DNA from: Thermoproteota archaeon
GTDB taxonomy: Archaea; Thermoproteota; Methanomethylicia; Methanomethylicales; Methanomethylicaceae
Length of the DNA stretch: 52,057 bases
Assembly: GCA_030055575.1 (NCBI GenBank)
Contig: JASFYL010000003.1
Coordinates: 1-52,057 of the forward strand
Direction: 5' to 3'
The position numbers and the translations under genes are program-made. Below, one piece after another: positions 28,827-38,371 of this stretch (its first letter is position 1; each line of letters begins with the position of its first letter). The notes below the pieces were generated by a model, which saw only the letters and a program-made list of their open reading frames with translations, had not been told where the DNA came from and did not search any database.

Positions 28827-30617
28827 TTGGACTTTACCTCGCAACTTGTAAAGCGCTACAAGTCCATTTTCAGCCTGCCGAGCCAAAACACACTCACTTT
28901 TGAGATCCTGGTCCTGAGCGTCCTAGCAGGGGTCGCCTCTTATTGGATGGCAATTGGGGCGGATGGATGGAAAATAGGTCTTGTAGATGGGCTGATCTCT
29001 TTCGCGGCAACTGGATTTGCGTGTTCCGCGATAATCAGCAGGTCCAAGTTGGAAGAAAGATTCCTGACACTCAGAAGGTCGCTGGGGTTTATTTTATTCG
29101 GTATCCTTTTCACGTATGTAGGGATTTTGATGGGCAGCTTTTTTTCCAGGCTGCTTGCTGATCCCTTGATCTTGGAACGGGTTTACTATCTATCTTGCGG
29201 GGTCGTCGTCGCATACTCTTATGTTGTTATGTCATCGGTATCCAATTCGCCCACACATAAGATCCTCCTCAAGAGTGTCCTGCAGCCGTTCTCCATAGTT
29301 ATAGCCCATTCTGCGGTCATATTATGGATCAAGCAGGAGTTTTATCCCGAACGCATCCTCGCATTCTTCCTGGTGGCGTTAACATCCCTGATCGCCTCAA
29401 AGTGGTTTTATACAAAACTAGAGACGGTAGGCGAGAGGACTTCGGGCTTAGGGAGCATCTCCCTCTTTAAGTCATTTATAGGTTCCCTAATTTTGGAAGA
29501 CAATGAGTTATTGGAGAAGGACCTACAAAAGATCTCAGTAGTAAAGGATGTGGAAGTAAAAACAATCACGTTAAAAAACAGGGAAGGGGAAGCTATGCTC
29601 GTAGCCCCCTTGGTGCACCCGGGTCCTTTCAAGAATGTGGGGGGGGCGTCCCTACCCACGAAAATCGCCGAAAAGCTAGGTGAGACAGGCAAAGTTCCTA
29701 TAATATTCCACACCCCCACAACCCACGAACAGGATCCTATCCTTAGTGGGGATTGTGAGAGAATTACAGAAGCCATTCTTAGAACCCAGAATGCAAGGGG
29801 CATGTCGACAGCATCGGCTGCAACCAGCGTCAAAGTCGGGAACATCACAGCAACAGTGCAAATATTCGGCGATACCCCCCTGGCTGTGATAAGCAGGTCA
29901 CCCATCCCTACAGAGGATCTGCCCTACGAAATTAACGAGATTTGCCTGAAAAAGATGAGGGAATTTGGCTATTCTGATGGAATCGTAGTGGATGCCCATA
30001 ACTCGATGGAGGCGACTTACGAACCACTCACATCTGAGGACTGCTCAAACATAGTTATGGCACTGGAAAGGGCGCTGGAGGGGATAAGTCCGAATGGAAA
30101 ACTCTCCGCTGGGTTTGCGCAGCTTAAACTAGAGGAGTTCTCACGAAGGGAAGGAATTGGGGAGGGAGGGATAATGGCGCTAGTAACAGAAGTTGACGGG
30201 AGAAAGTCGGCTTTCGTTTCCATCGATGGGAACAATATGATCAGCGGACTACGCGAGAAGATTTTAGCAAAACTCCGCGTCGCGGGTTACGAAGTGTCCG
30301 AGGTTGCAACCACGGACACGCATGTCGTTACGGGAACGACTGGGGGGCAAGGCTATTTCATCCTAGGAAAAGCCATCCCTGAAGCGATCATCCTGGAAAA
30401 GGTGTTGCAGGCAGTCCGCTTAGCGGAGTCTAATAGATCCGACTGTTTAGTCGATTTCTCTAAAACTAGAGTCGAGAGCGTGCACCTTCTCGGCGAGGAA
30501 GGGCTCAAAGTCCTATGGCGCACTACCGAGAAAACGATAGTCAGCGCAAAGCGCAACCTAATCATACTGCTAGGCGCCCCGATATCGGTGGCGCTAATTT
30601 TGTATCTTCTCTTTTAA
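28827..30617 (+). CDS. DUF2070 family membrane protein
   Basis: N-terminal multi-TM region, HPGPFKNVGG, FHTPTTHE, VVDAHNS, DGNNM, TTDTHVV. Confidence 0.88.
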   Translation: MDFTSQLVKRYKSIFSLPSQNTLTFEILVLSVLAGVASYWMAIGADGWKIGLVDGLISFAATGFACSAIISRSKLEERFLTLRRSLGFILFGILFTYVGILMGSFFSRLLADPLILERVYYLSCGVVVAYSYVVMSSVSNSPTHKILLKSVLQPFSIVIAHSAVILWIKQEFYPERILAFFLVALTSLIASKWFYTKLETVGERTSGLGSISLFKSFIGSLILEDNELLEKDLQKISVVKDVEVKTITLKNREGEAMLVAPLVHPGPFKNVGGASLPTKIAEKLGETGKVPIIFHTPTTHEQDPILSGDCERITEAILRTQNARGMSTASAATSVKVGNITATVQIFGDTPLAVISRSPIPTEDLPYEINEICLKKMREFGYSDGIVVDAHNSMEATYEPLTSEDCSNIVMALERALEGISPNGKLSAGFAQLKLEEFSRREGIGEGGIMALVTEVDGRKSAFVSIDGNNMISGLREKILAKLRVAGYEVSEVATTDTHVVTGTTGGQGYFILGKAIPEAIILEKVLQAVRLAESNRSDCLVDFSKTRVESVHLLGEEGLKVLWRTTEKTIVSAKRNLIILLGAPISVALILYLLF

Positions 30618-30837
30618 GTCACACCATTGACCTCGCTAAATCACAAATGCTGATCAATCACGCCTCCGATAAAAAACAACCATGTTCCATAGGATCATCA
30701 TTAAATGATGATAAAAATGAAACTGCGCAATCATTCAAAGGAGATCGATGGCAACTTCTGATGGTCTTTTGATGGTCGCCAGGAAGCCGTCCCGGGAAAA
30801 GCTATTCCCAGTTTAAAACGCCAATAGTCCAAGTCCC

Positions 30838-33192
30838 TCAGATTTGTGATTCGTGATGTATGTCACAGAATTTGGTAGATGCCACGACTGCCTGTCCCAA
30901 CGAGATGCACCCATCTCCACAAGGATATTTTTTATGCGTTATAAAGGTTTTATTATTTTTTGAAATAACATCTTTTATATAAAAGTTTAATATCGAATTC
31001 ACTGCAGCTCCACCTGAAAGCCCTATCTCCTTGCAACCAAACTCGTCTGCGAGCGCACATGAGAGCTCTCCGAACGCAGTGCCAATGCTCTTATGGATCG
31101 CCAATGCAACATCCTTACATGAATTGTAACTCATATGTTCCAATATGGAACACAAAAAGTTTGAAGTGTCGAAAACATATTTTCCATTAATTTTCCGGCA
31201 CTTTAACTCAAGATTTACAGAGGCAGGATTACCCAATGAGGCTAGCGCTTCTAGGCGCATCGGCGGCTCCCCCTCGTAAGTCCTCAGCCAGCAGATGTCC
31301 AAGACTACGGCCAAGGCGTCGAGTAGACGACCCAAACTTGAAGTTTTTATTGTGCTGCTTTCTTTGCTCTGTTTTAAAACATAGTGCAACTCATCCAAAC
31401 CATGCTTAAAATATTTTGATGTGTTCTTTTCAAAGTATTGTTCTATTTCTGATTCAGACATGAAGGAGGATAAAATTGCAGCCAGCATCCGGGCAGGGTA
31501 GTAAGTGCAGAGATCCCCGCCTGGCATCGGGTGGTACTCAAGACTTGCCAAACGCTCGAACCCGGAGTATCCAGCCAGGAAAATCTCCCCACCCCAAACA
31601 TTCCCGTCCAGCCCGTACCCAGCACCATCAATTACGATTGAGATGATCTTCGAGCCGACTCCGAACGAATTTTCCGCCATCAGCGCAGCAGCATGGGCGT
31701 GGTGATGTTGAACCTGCGCCAGGTCGCATTCCAGCTCGGCAGAGAGCTCTTTAGCCCTGCGGGTCGTCAAAAAGGCAGGGTGCATATCAGACACAATCAA
31801 ATCTGGATTTTTTATGTCATAGACATTTTGTATAAAACGAATGGTGTTCATCATATAGTCCAAAGTCTCGAGATCGTCGACATCGCCTATGTGCTGAGTG
31901 GTAATTATTCGGTCTTGGACGAAGAGGGATGCGTTATTATTCAGCTCACCTCCGAGTGCCAAAATCTGGTGGTTTTTAACAGACCAGCTAGGCTTTAGGT
32001 AAGAAGGGGAGTATCCCCTAGACTTCCTTAGAAAGACCGGATTTCCATCGAGGACTTTAATCACAGAGTCGTCACAACGATTAATTATTTCCCGGTTGTG
32101 GACGAGGTAAAAATCCACGACCCCCATAAGCTCCTTCCGGACCTCCGTCTCATCGACCGTGATCGGCTTTCCCGGAAAATTCGCGGAGGTCATTACGAGA
32201 GCCTCCTTCTTGAAGTACTCAAGGAGCAAGAGGTGGAGCCCGGTGTAGGGCAGCATCACTCCAACCGTGTCCAGACCAGGAGACACTGATTCAGCCAAAC
32301 AATAATTTTTAGATTTTTTCAAAACTAAAATCGGTCTTGCTTGATCTGTCAATAACTTTTCTTCGGCGTCTCCGACACAGGCATACTTGCGAATCTGATC
32401 GATAGAAGAAGACATCACTGCAAAAGGCTGGTTTGGGCGGCGGCGCCTCCTCCGGAGCTCCGTAACTGCCGATTCGTTTGTGGCGTCGACAGAGAGGTGA
32501 AACCCACCAACCCCTTTTACTGCGATAATAGAGCCTTCCAAGAGCAGCCTAGCGGCTTCTTTGATCGGGTCTTCCAGCTGCATATCATTCCCTTGGGAAT
32601 CCAACAGAGTCAATCTCGGTCCACACCTGGGACACGCGAAGCCTTGAACGTCGTACCTGCGGCTGCCCGGGTCAAGGTAATCCCTTTCGCAGTCTGGGCA
32701 GAATGGAAAAGATGCCATGGCAGTATTTACACGATCGTAAGGAAGTTTTCGAATCATTGTGAACCGTGGACCACAGTGAGCGCAGGATGTGAAGGGATAG
32801 CAGCGGAATCGGGTTTGCGATTTCATTTCCGTGATGCAACAGTCACATATCCCCAAATCCACAGGTATCACAGATCTCACAGATAATTTGCTTTCCTGGC
32901 TCTTGGATATGGAGAAGTCTCCAGATTCGTTTCTGGGAACCTCCCAGTTTAATTCGATCTCATCGATCCGGGATACGGGTGGCTTCTTTAGGGGAATCTC
33001 TCTGATGAATGAGTCCAGTGCAGCCTCCTCTCCTTCAGCGACTATCTCCACGCCAGCATCCCCGAGATTCGAAACATAGCCCCTAAGACCTTTTGATCTT
33101 GCTAGGTTGAAAATGAAAGGTCTGAACCCCACCCCTTGAACGAAACCTCTGATGAACAAACGGGCTCTTCGAATGGACATCTTGCGTACCAT
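30838..33192 (-). CDS. hypF: [NiFe]-hydrogenase maturation carbamoyltransferase HypF
   Basis: Acylphosphatase domain (VQGVGFRPF), two CxxC-x18-CxxC fingers, YrdC domain (KGVGGFHL, MTSAN), Kae1-like domain (QHHHAHA, DGAGYG, GDGCISLGQ). Confidence 0.97.
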   Translation of the reverse strand: MVRKMSIRRARLFIRGFVQGVGFRPFIFNLARSKGLRGYVSNLGDAGVEIVAEGEEAALDSFIREIPLKKPPVSRIDEIELNWEVPRNESGDFSISKSQESKLSVRSVIPVDLGICDCCITEMKSQTRFRCYPFTSCAHCGPRFTMIRKLPYDRVNTAMASFPFCPDCERDYLDPGSRRYDVQGFACPRCGPRLTLLDSQGNDMQLEDPIKEAARLLLEGSIIAVKGVGGFHLSVDATNESAVTELRRRRRRPNQPFAVMSSSIDQIRKYACVGDAEEKLLTDQARPILVLKKSKNYCLAESVSPGLDTVGVMLPYTGLHLLLLEYFKKEALVMTSANFPGKPITVDETEVRKELMGVVDFYLVHNREIINRCDDSVIKVLDGNPVFLRKSRGYSPSYLKPSWSVKNHQILALGGELNNNASLFVQDRIITTQHIGDVDDLETLDYMMNTIRFIQNVYDIKNPDLIVSDMHPAFLTTRRAKELSAELECDLAQVQHHHAHAAALMAENSFGVGSKIISIVIDGAGYGLDGNVWGGEIFLAGYSGFERLASLEYHPMPGGDLCTYYPARMLAAILSSFMSESEIEQYFEKNTSKYFKHGLDELHYVLKQSKESSTIKTSSLGRLLDALAVVLDICWLRTYEGEPPMRLEALASLGNPASVNLELKCRKINGKYVFDTSNFLCSILEHMSYNSCKDVALAIHKSIGTAFGELSCALADEFGCKEIGLSGGAAVNSILNFYIKDVISKNNKTFITHKKYPCGDGCISLGQAVVASTKFCDIHHESQI

Positions 33193-33236
33193 AAGCCGAA
33201 TAATAATAAATAGATATTGATCAAAGTAGTTTTTAT

Positions 33237-33800
33237 ATGGTCTCTCTGCCCACGCCAAGTGAATTGAGGGCAATGAGGAAAAGGCTTGGAATAACCCAAA
33301 AGGAGCTGGCGTCCGCGGCAGGAGTGAGCCAGGCACTAATTGCCAGGATAGAGGCAGGCACCATCGATCCTCGCCTCTCGACATTGCGTAAGATAATGAA
33401 TGCATTAAACAAAAAAGAATTGAACCAGCCCAAAATCAAAGACATAATGCATTCACCAGTACTGAGCGTGGGAATAGACGAGCCCCTCGAGAACGCGGTG
33501 CAATTGATGTGGAAAAACGGAATTTCCCAACTCCCGGTTTTCAGAAAAAGCAAAGTCGTGGGCAGCATAAGAGAGGACAACATCCTAAAGGAATTTGCGA
33601 AGGGCAATGTGAAAGACCTGCTGAAAAGACCGGTTGCTGATTTCATAGAAGAAAGCTTCCCGGTTGTGAGCATTGACTCTGACATCGAAGAGGTCTCAAG
33701 ACTACTGTCTGCAAAAAATCCGGCCGTCCTAGTGAGCGACCATGGAACGATGGTGGGGATCATCACTAAAATAGATCTCATTGCGAAATTTTTCTTGTGA
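33237..33800 (+). CDS. XRE HTH + CBS pair transcriptional regulator
   Basis: LGITQKELASAAGVSQALIARIEAGTIDPRLST plus two CBS motifs. Confidence 0.93.
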   Translation: MVSLPTPSELRAMRKRLGITQKELASAAGVSQALIARIEAGTIDPRLSTLRKIMNALNKKELNQPKIKDIMHSPVLSVGIDEPLENAVQLMWKNGISQLPVFRKSKVVGSIREDNILKEFAKGNVKDLLKRPVADFIEESFPVVSIDSDIEEVSRLLSAKNPAVLVSDHGTMVGIITKIDLIAKFFL

Positions 33801-33941
33801 TTGTGAGTTATATGTGATATATAATCACAATGGTGTGAGACATACTGAACCACTAAATAAACCTTAGTGATGGTAAGTCACTCACAACCAAAAACCTTAA
33901 AACATCAAAATTACAAAGAAGTACTGAGACGTGTTACAAAG

Positions 33942-34583
33942 GTGTCACGAGTGAGCTTCCAAGATAGAAGCGAGCGAGTTGTGGAAGAGTTTAAAGTCGA
34001 ACTCACGCTTCTAAGGAGAGACTTAGTTGAAAGGCTCAGACGGATAGAAGAGTACATTACGTTTCTGGAATCGGACATAGGCAGAATCAGGCTGGACCTT
34101 CAAAGGATAAGCGACAAAATAAGCGATTTGACCGTCAAAGAAATGCCAGCCACACCAAAAGTTGAGCCGTTTATGGCCAGACCGCAAGAGATCCCCAAGG
34201 TCGAAGTGGCACACCCATCCATCCCTGGCACGCCGCAACCAGTGGCGACAGAAGCCCCCAAACCGCAGGAAACGCTCCCGCAGCAGCTCCAAGTCCAAAA
34301 GAGTGCGGAAAGGAAAGATTTGCTCAACCAGACGGAGATAGCGATAATCAAGTACCTGATCGAGAATCCCGGGACTAAGAGCGCTACGCCCATAGCCACT
34401 GCCATAAACAAAGCCAGGGAACACGTCGCTAGGACTTTGAAGAAACTTTCAGATGAGAAGAAGATCATAAGGGACGAGACAACATGGCCCTACAGTTACA
34501 TAGTCCCTGATGAGATCAAGAAGCTTGTTTTTGAGAGCACGCAGAGCGCTACGCCGTCTACCGACAACATCACAACTCATTGA
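33942..34583 (+). CDS. Coiled-coil + Pro-rich linker + C-terminal winged-HTH protein
   Basis: Heptad-like N-terminus; LNQTEIAIIKYL...IATAINKAREHVARTLKKL...WPYSY wHTH. Start uncertain (33867-33942). Confidence 0.8.
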   Translation: MSRVSFQDRSERVVEEFKVELTLLRRDLVERLRRIEEYITFLESDIGRIRLDLQRISDKISDLTVKEMPATPKVEPFMARPQEIPKVEVAHPSIPGTPQPVATEAPKPQETLPQQLQVQKSAERKDLLNQTEIAIIKYLIENPGTKSATPIATAINKAREHVARTLKKLSDEKKIIRDETTWPYSYIVPDEIKKLVFESTQSATPSTDNITTH

Positions 34584-34983
34584 CCACCAGGTCGATCTGG
34601 TTGGCGGATACGTTTGAGACTAGGCGGTATTGCCAACAGGAACGGTTGCCTTTCCTCTCCAAGTACCCATTGGAATAAAGCCGGGTCAAGTAAGTCGATA
34701 TAGTGCTTGCCTTGATCGGCTCACGGTATCGTTCCTGATACAGCAAGGACAGATCCTTGCTGGTGAACCAGACCTTGTTGAGATCTGCCGTGATGATGCC
34801 CATCAACTTCTCTTTTGTGGTCTTCAGCACGGAGGACTTCTGTGGCGCTGGGGTGGACGGATCTTCGAATATTTGAAGGATCTGGAGAAGCTTTTCCTTT
34901 GACATTTGCCCACTCATGGCTACTGTGATTTGTTCGCCGTTCGTATCACAGATCTCTATCTTTATCTTCTTCACCCGGAACAC
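34570..34983 (-). CDS. Small protein with C-terminal winged-HTH
   Basis: WFTSKDL...YREPIKASTISTYLTRL...GYLERKG...WQYRL. Confidence 0.8.
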   Translation of the reverse strand: MFRVKKIKIEICDTNGEQITVAMSGQMSKEKLLQILQIFEDPSTPAPQKSSVLKTTKEKLMGIITADLNKVWFTSKDLSLLYQERYREPIKASTISTYLTRLYSNGYLERKGNRSCWQYRLVSNVSANQIDLVVNEL

Positions 34984-34999
34984 CCACAGCAGCGAAAAT

Positions 35000-36100
35000 A
35001 AGTTAACTTCTGCACAGGTATATGAGCGTATTGTAGTCTACATAGTGTTGTTAATTACGGCATTTTTTCATGATAATCATGGTAAAAAAAGCCAAAATTC
35101 CAGACTTTTCCAGTTATCTAGCTAAAATGGAGTGAATTACAGTGAATCACGCCAAAATAGATTACATTCACAATTCTCGAGTGGAAGTGAAGGGGTGAAT
35201 CGAAAGGTGTAACATTGTAGTGGCGGTGATGAAGCGTCACAGTGTGACAATGATAAAAAACCGGTTACAAACGCAAGATTTTTTGCGCCCTCACTCTGGA
35301 ATGAACTAATACAACATCACTATTCAGGGGCAAAAGGTTGACGAGCTAGATCTTTTGCTCCCAGAACCGTCTAATCTGATGATCTCTTTTCACCATCAAT
35401 TGACAAAAATCACCATCAACTTGCATTCTAATGATAGATAACTTTAAATATTAGAGTTTATGATGTCGCTGTGAGTCAAAAATAGACCACAAACCAATAG
35501 TTTATTTTATCTAAAATTGATGGTGGAGTGTAACTAATAAGTTACATAAATAAAGAGAATTTTGGGGGAAATCAGAGTCTGAAAACCCCCAATTCTTACA
35601 AAAATTATGTTACATAACAGTTACATAAATTAGAGTTAACAGCACCAAAAACAATGAACTAAAACGGCCCTAAAGAGCACGCAAGAAGATCCAGTAAAAA
35701 GCACTAGCCAGTTGTGGCTTAGAAAGGAGGGAAAGCAGCCCATTTGTAGTATGTTTGTAGTCAGACGGGGGTTTTGGCTGGAAAGTCCTTAGCTCATATG
35801 TAAAAATTTCCACTGGAACGGTTTTTTATATGACTGTTTAAAAAGCACAGGATTATGTTTAAATAACACAGCGTGCCCCAATAAGAGTTTCTTAGTTCCC
35901 TGGCACCCCTAAGTTTCGCCTGGAAGTGTATATCACTTAAGTGTTATTTTCTACCTTTAAAAGAAAGACAGTGTAAATGTTAATACATGGTCGTCTATAT
36001 AAAAGTGTTTCAGTCGAAAAATCTAGAAAGAAACCTCTTAAATTTACTTGTCTACCTCTTTTCCAGCCTATGAAGGTCATTGGACTCCAATCGAAAATCA
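35000..36100. other. Candidate archaeal replication origin (oriC)
   Basis: ~1.1 kb with no credible ORF. Contains TTTCCACTGGAAC (35807-35819, reverse complement of the ORB core GTTCCAGTGGAAA), an ORB-like motif with G-string (35174-35196), six TTCCAG/CTGGAA copies and an AT-rich core at ~35440-35640. Confidence 0.62.
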
Positions 36101-36149
36101 GGGGTCACCCTCTTATAATTCCGGGCTTTAGTATTATCCGGTCACCAAA

Positions 36150-36455
36150 ATGTCCCGGACCAACGCCTCTACAGAGACATTGCTGCTAATATCCCAATAC
36201 ATTCCCAATGAGTACCGAATTCTCTTGTTGAAGAACCTCCTAGAGGTTTATGGCTCGATATACAAAACATCGAAAATGACAAAGATTTCAAGAACTCAGC
36301 TTTACAGGTACTTGGCAACGGATAAGAAATGTTATCCTAATGACGAAGTAACAGCCAGGATCCTCCAGGCTTTGTTGGAGATTAAGCGGGCGTGGACGAA
36401 AGATCAGCTCAAACAACTTTCAAAGGAGTTCAGCGACGTCATTAACAAGATATAG
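36150..36455 (+). CDS. Small HTH protein
   Basis: YGSIYKTSKMTKISRTQLYRYL...YPNDE resembles an HTH; AT-rich coding sequence. Confidence 0.65.
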   Translation: MSRTNASTETLLLISQYIPNEYRILLLKNLLEVYGSIYKTSKMTKISRTQLYRYLATDKKCYPNDEVTARILQALLEIKRAWTKDQLKQLSKEFSDVINKI

Positions 36456-36680
36456 CTAAAGCTGAAACCATAATCGTCTCTTCTCGGTCAACTAGAGTTG
36501 CGTCGCCTCCCATGCCTGTTTGCTCTCTTCCCACACGAATAACGAATCCCTCGCTGCTCTGTTATCCTTACTGTTGCCAGGGTTCGGTCAGATAATCAAC
36601 GGCCAAGTGGGCGGTAACTTACTTATGCTGTCGCTAATCGCTACTCGTTAATCTAAATGCCTACTGTTGGTTTAGAAACT

Positions 36681-37073
36681 TCATTCCTTGTTCAGTAACC
36701 TCTTCATCTCTTCCATGTGTTCCTTATACCCTGGGTAAATCATCCCCACAGTTTCCCAAAAACGCTTTGTGTGCCTCTTTACTGCCAGGTGTGCCAGCTC
36801 GTGGGCTATGATGTACTTAAGCACACCGTCAGGGAAGTCCTTCGCCTTCATGCTGATGTAGATCCTGTTCCCCTTGATGAGCGCCAGGTCTTCTATGTCG
36901 ACCACCTCAAACCTCAGCTGCCCAAAGACTTCCAGGCGGCGGCTCTCGAGGAGTTCATGGGCTATCCTCCTCACTCTTTCCCTGAATCCTTCCGCAGCGG
37001 GCGCTTCTTCCTCATCCGTACTTTTCTTCAAGCCTTGAGTATATTCTATTGACGATCTAATCAATCTCATCAA
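36681..37073 (-). CDS. YgjP/M48-like zinc metallopeptidase domain protein
   Basis: LKYIIAHELAHL...HTKRFW (HExxH). The 5' end is uncertain and may include the frameshifted tail of the upstream pseudogene. Confidence 0.75.
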   Translation of the reverse strand: MMRLIRSSIEYTQGLKKSTDEEEAPAAEGFRERVRRIAHELLESRRLEVFGQLRFEVVDIEDLALIKGNRIYISMKAKDFPDGVLKYIIAHELAHLAVKRHTKRFWETVGMIYPGYKEHMEEMKRLLNKE

Positions 37074-37909
37074 CCAAACCGTAGTTATTTATCACGTGCT
37101 CCCGGATGACCCTCTTGATCTCCTTCTTCTGCGCCTTCTTCAAAAAGGATTCCTTGCTTAGGAGTTTCCTCTTCTCTAGCTCTTCGAAGATCCCTTGGGA
37201 GACCTTGGGAACCCTGGCGTCCAAGAAGTAATCCCTCATGACATCGAAGACCGGGAATGCCCCGCCGTGCTCCCTCCTCTCTGCCTCTGTTTCTTCGAAC
37301 TTCCTTCTGACCTCCTTTATCCTCTCTATGACTTCCTTGGTCACGCTTTTTGTCTTTCTCATCTCCTCGTAGATTGCCTCTATCTCTTCCCTAAGTTTTA
37401 TCATGTCCGAGCCAAACTCCGAGATCCTGGCATCTAAGGCGCCAAGAACCCTTGCCGCGCCTCTTTGGGCTACTCTCGCGCTCAAGCCTCTTCAGCTCGG
37501 TCTCGAGTTCGAGCTCACCCAACTTCTCTATCCCGAAAACTACAATGGTTCTCTGGATCAATTCGTGGGTCTTCTTCGCGGTTTCCTCGATCTTTGCGAG
37601 ATCCAGACTTTCCTTCTCAGCCTATTCAGTGCTAACGAGATGCGCAGTATCGACGTGTATAGATCCACGTACTTACACGTCACCTCGCTCGGCGATAGGA
37701 GTTCGTAGAGCGAGACGAGGCGCTTTGCCCTTTCTGCAAGAATCCTCCTCTCATTTCATTATCAGCTTAGCCACCAAAGCGTCGGCTTCTTCCATGTTCC
37801 CGACCTCGCCGCCCCCAAGGAGCCTCTTCATGCCCTCCGCGCATTCTTCAAACTTGCGCTCCTTTTCCTTCAGGTTCCTGATAGAACTGTTGGCGCTGTT
37901 TGGATGCAT
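37057..37909 (-). pseudogene. Frameshifted remnant resembling the C-terminal region of a type I restriction subunit HsdR
   Basis: Protein-like segments in successive frames (…EEADALVAKL / ERRILAERAKRLVSLYELLSPS… / LDLAKIEETAKKTHELIQRTI… / …EIKRVIREHV), directly upstream of a YgjP-like peptidase, the usual hsdR neighbour. Confidence 0.45.
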
Positions 37910-38099
37910 AGAAAGTGGTTTTGATATTCGTCCGTTGATGAATCATGATCAGCCGTAGCTAATTGATGAGAACTTGTGGCTTTAATATAAGCACGCATCC
38001 GGGGGCAAGCACCATTTCCAAGAAAGGCAGACCAATTAGTATAATTAATTACGCTTAGTTTGCGATTTGTTACTCATTGTCGTGCCGTGGGACTTCACC

Positions 38100-38273
38100 T
38101 CACTTGAGCATCCTGCCGCACCTGGGGCAGACCGGGCGGTCCGAGATCAGCCCCTTCCTCTTCGGTACGCACTTCTTACAGTAGATCCTCCCGCATCCCT
38201 CGCATCTCCATGCCCTCTCCTCGAACAAACCCCCTATGTTCTTGAGACAGACGCAGCAGACGCCTTTCACCAT
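38100..38273 (-). CDS. 57-aa 8-Cys zinc-finger protein (FYVE/RING-like spacing)
   Basis: CCVC-x14-CEGCGRIYCKKC-x13-CPRC. Confidence 0.75.
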   Translation of the reverse strand: MVKGVCCVCLKNIGGLFEERAWRCEGCGRIYCKKCVPKRKGLISDRPVCPRCGRMLK

Positions 38274-38371
38274 ATCGATCGAGAGAACTTGCGGCACAGA
38301 GAATAAAAACCTTTCACGAGGTTCATTCCGCTTGATTTTTAAACGCCCGCCATTCACCGGGGCAACGAAAG

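Noticed and set aside
30838-31460. AT-richer 3' part of hypF as a recombinant or foreign segment
   Set aside because: The protein is continuous with expected motifs; the shift was judged by eye and cannot be quantified here.
33193-33405. N-terminal extension of hypF in the track
   Set aside because: It overlaps the divergent HTH-CBS gene; the acylphosphatase domain begins after ATG 33192.
37452-37958. Plus-strand 168-aa ORF and similar antisense ORFs (e.g. 39323-39826, 1945-2430, 26844-27569)
   Set aside because: Ser/Phe/Leu-rich shadows of purine-rich genes on the opposite strand.
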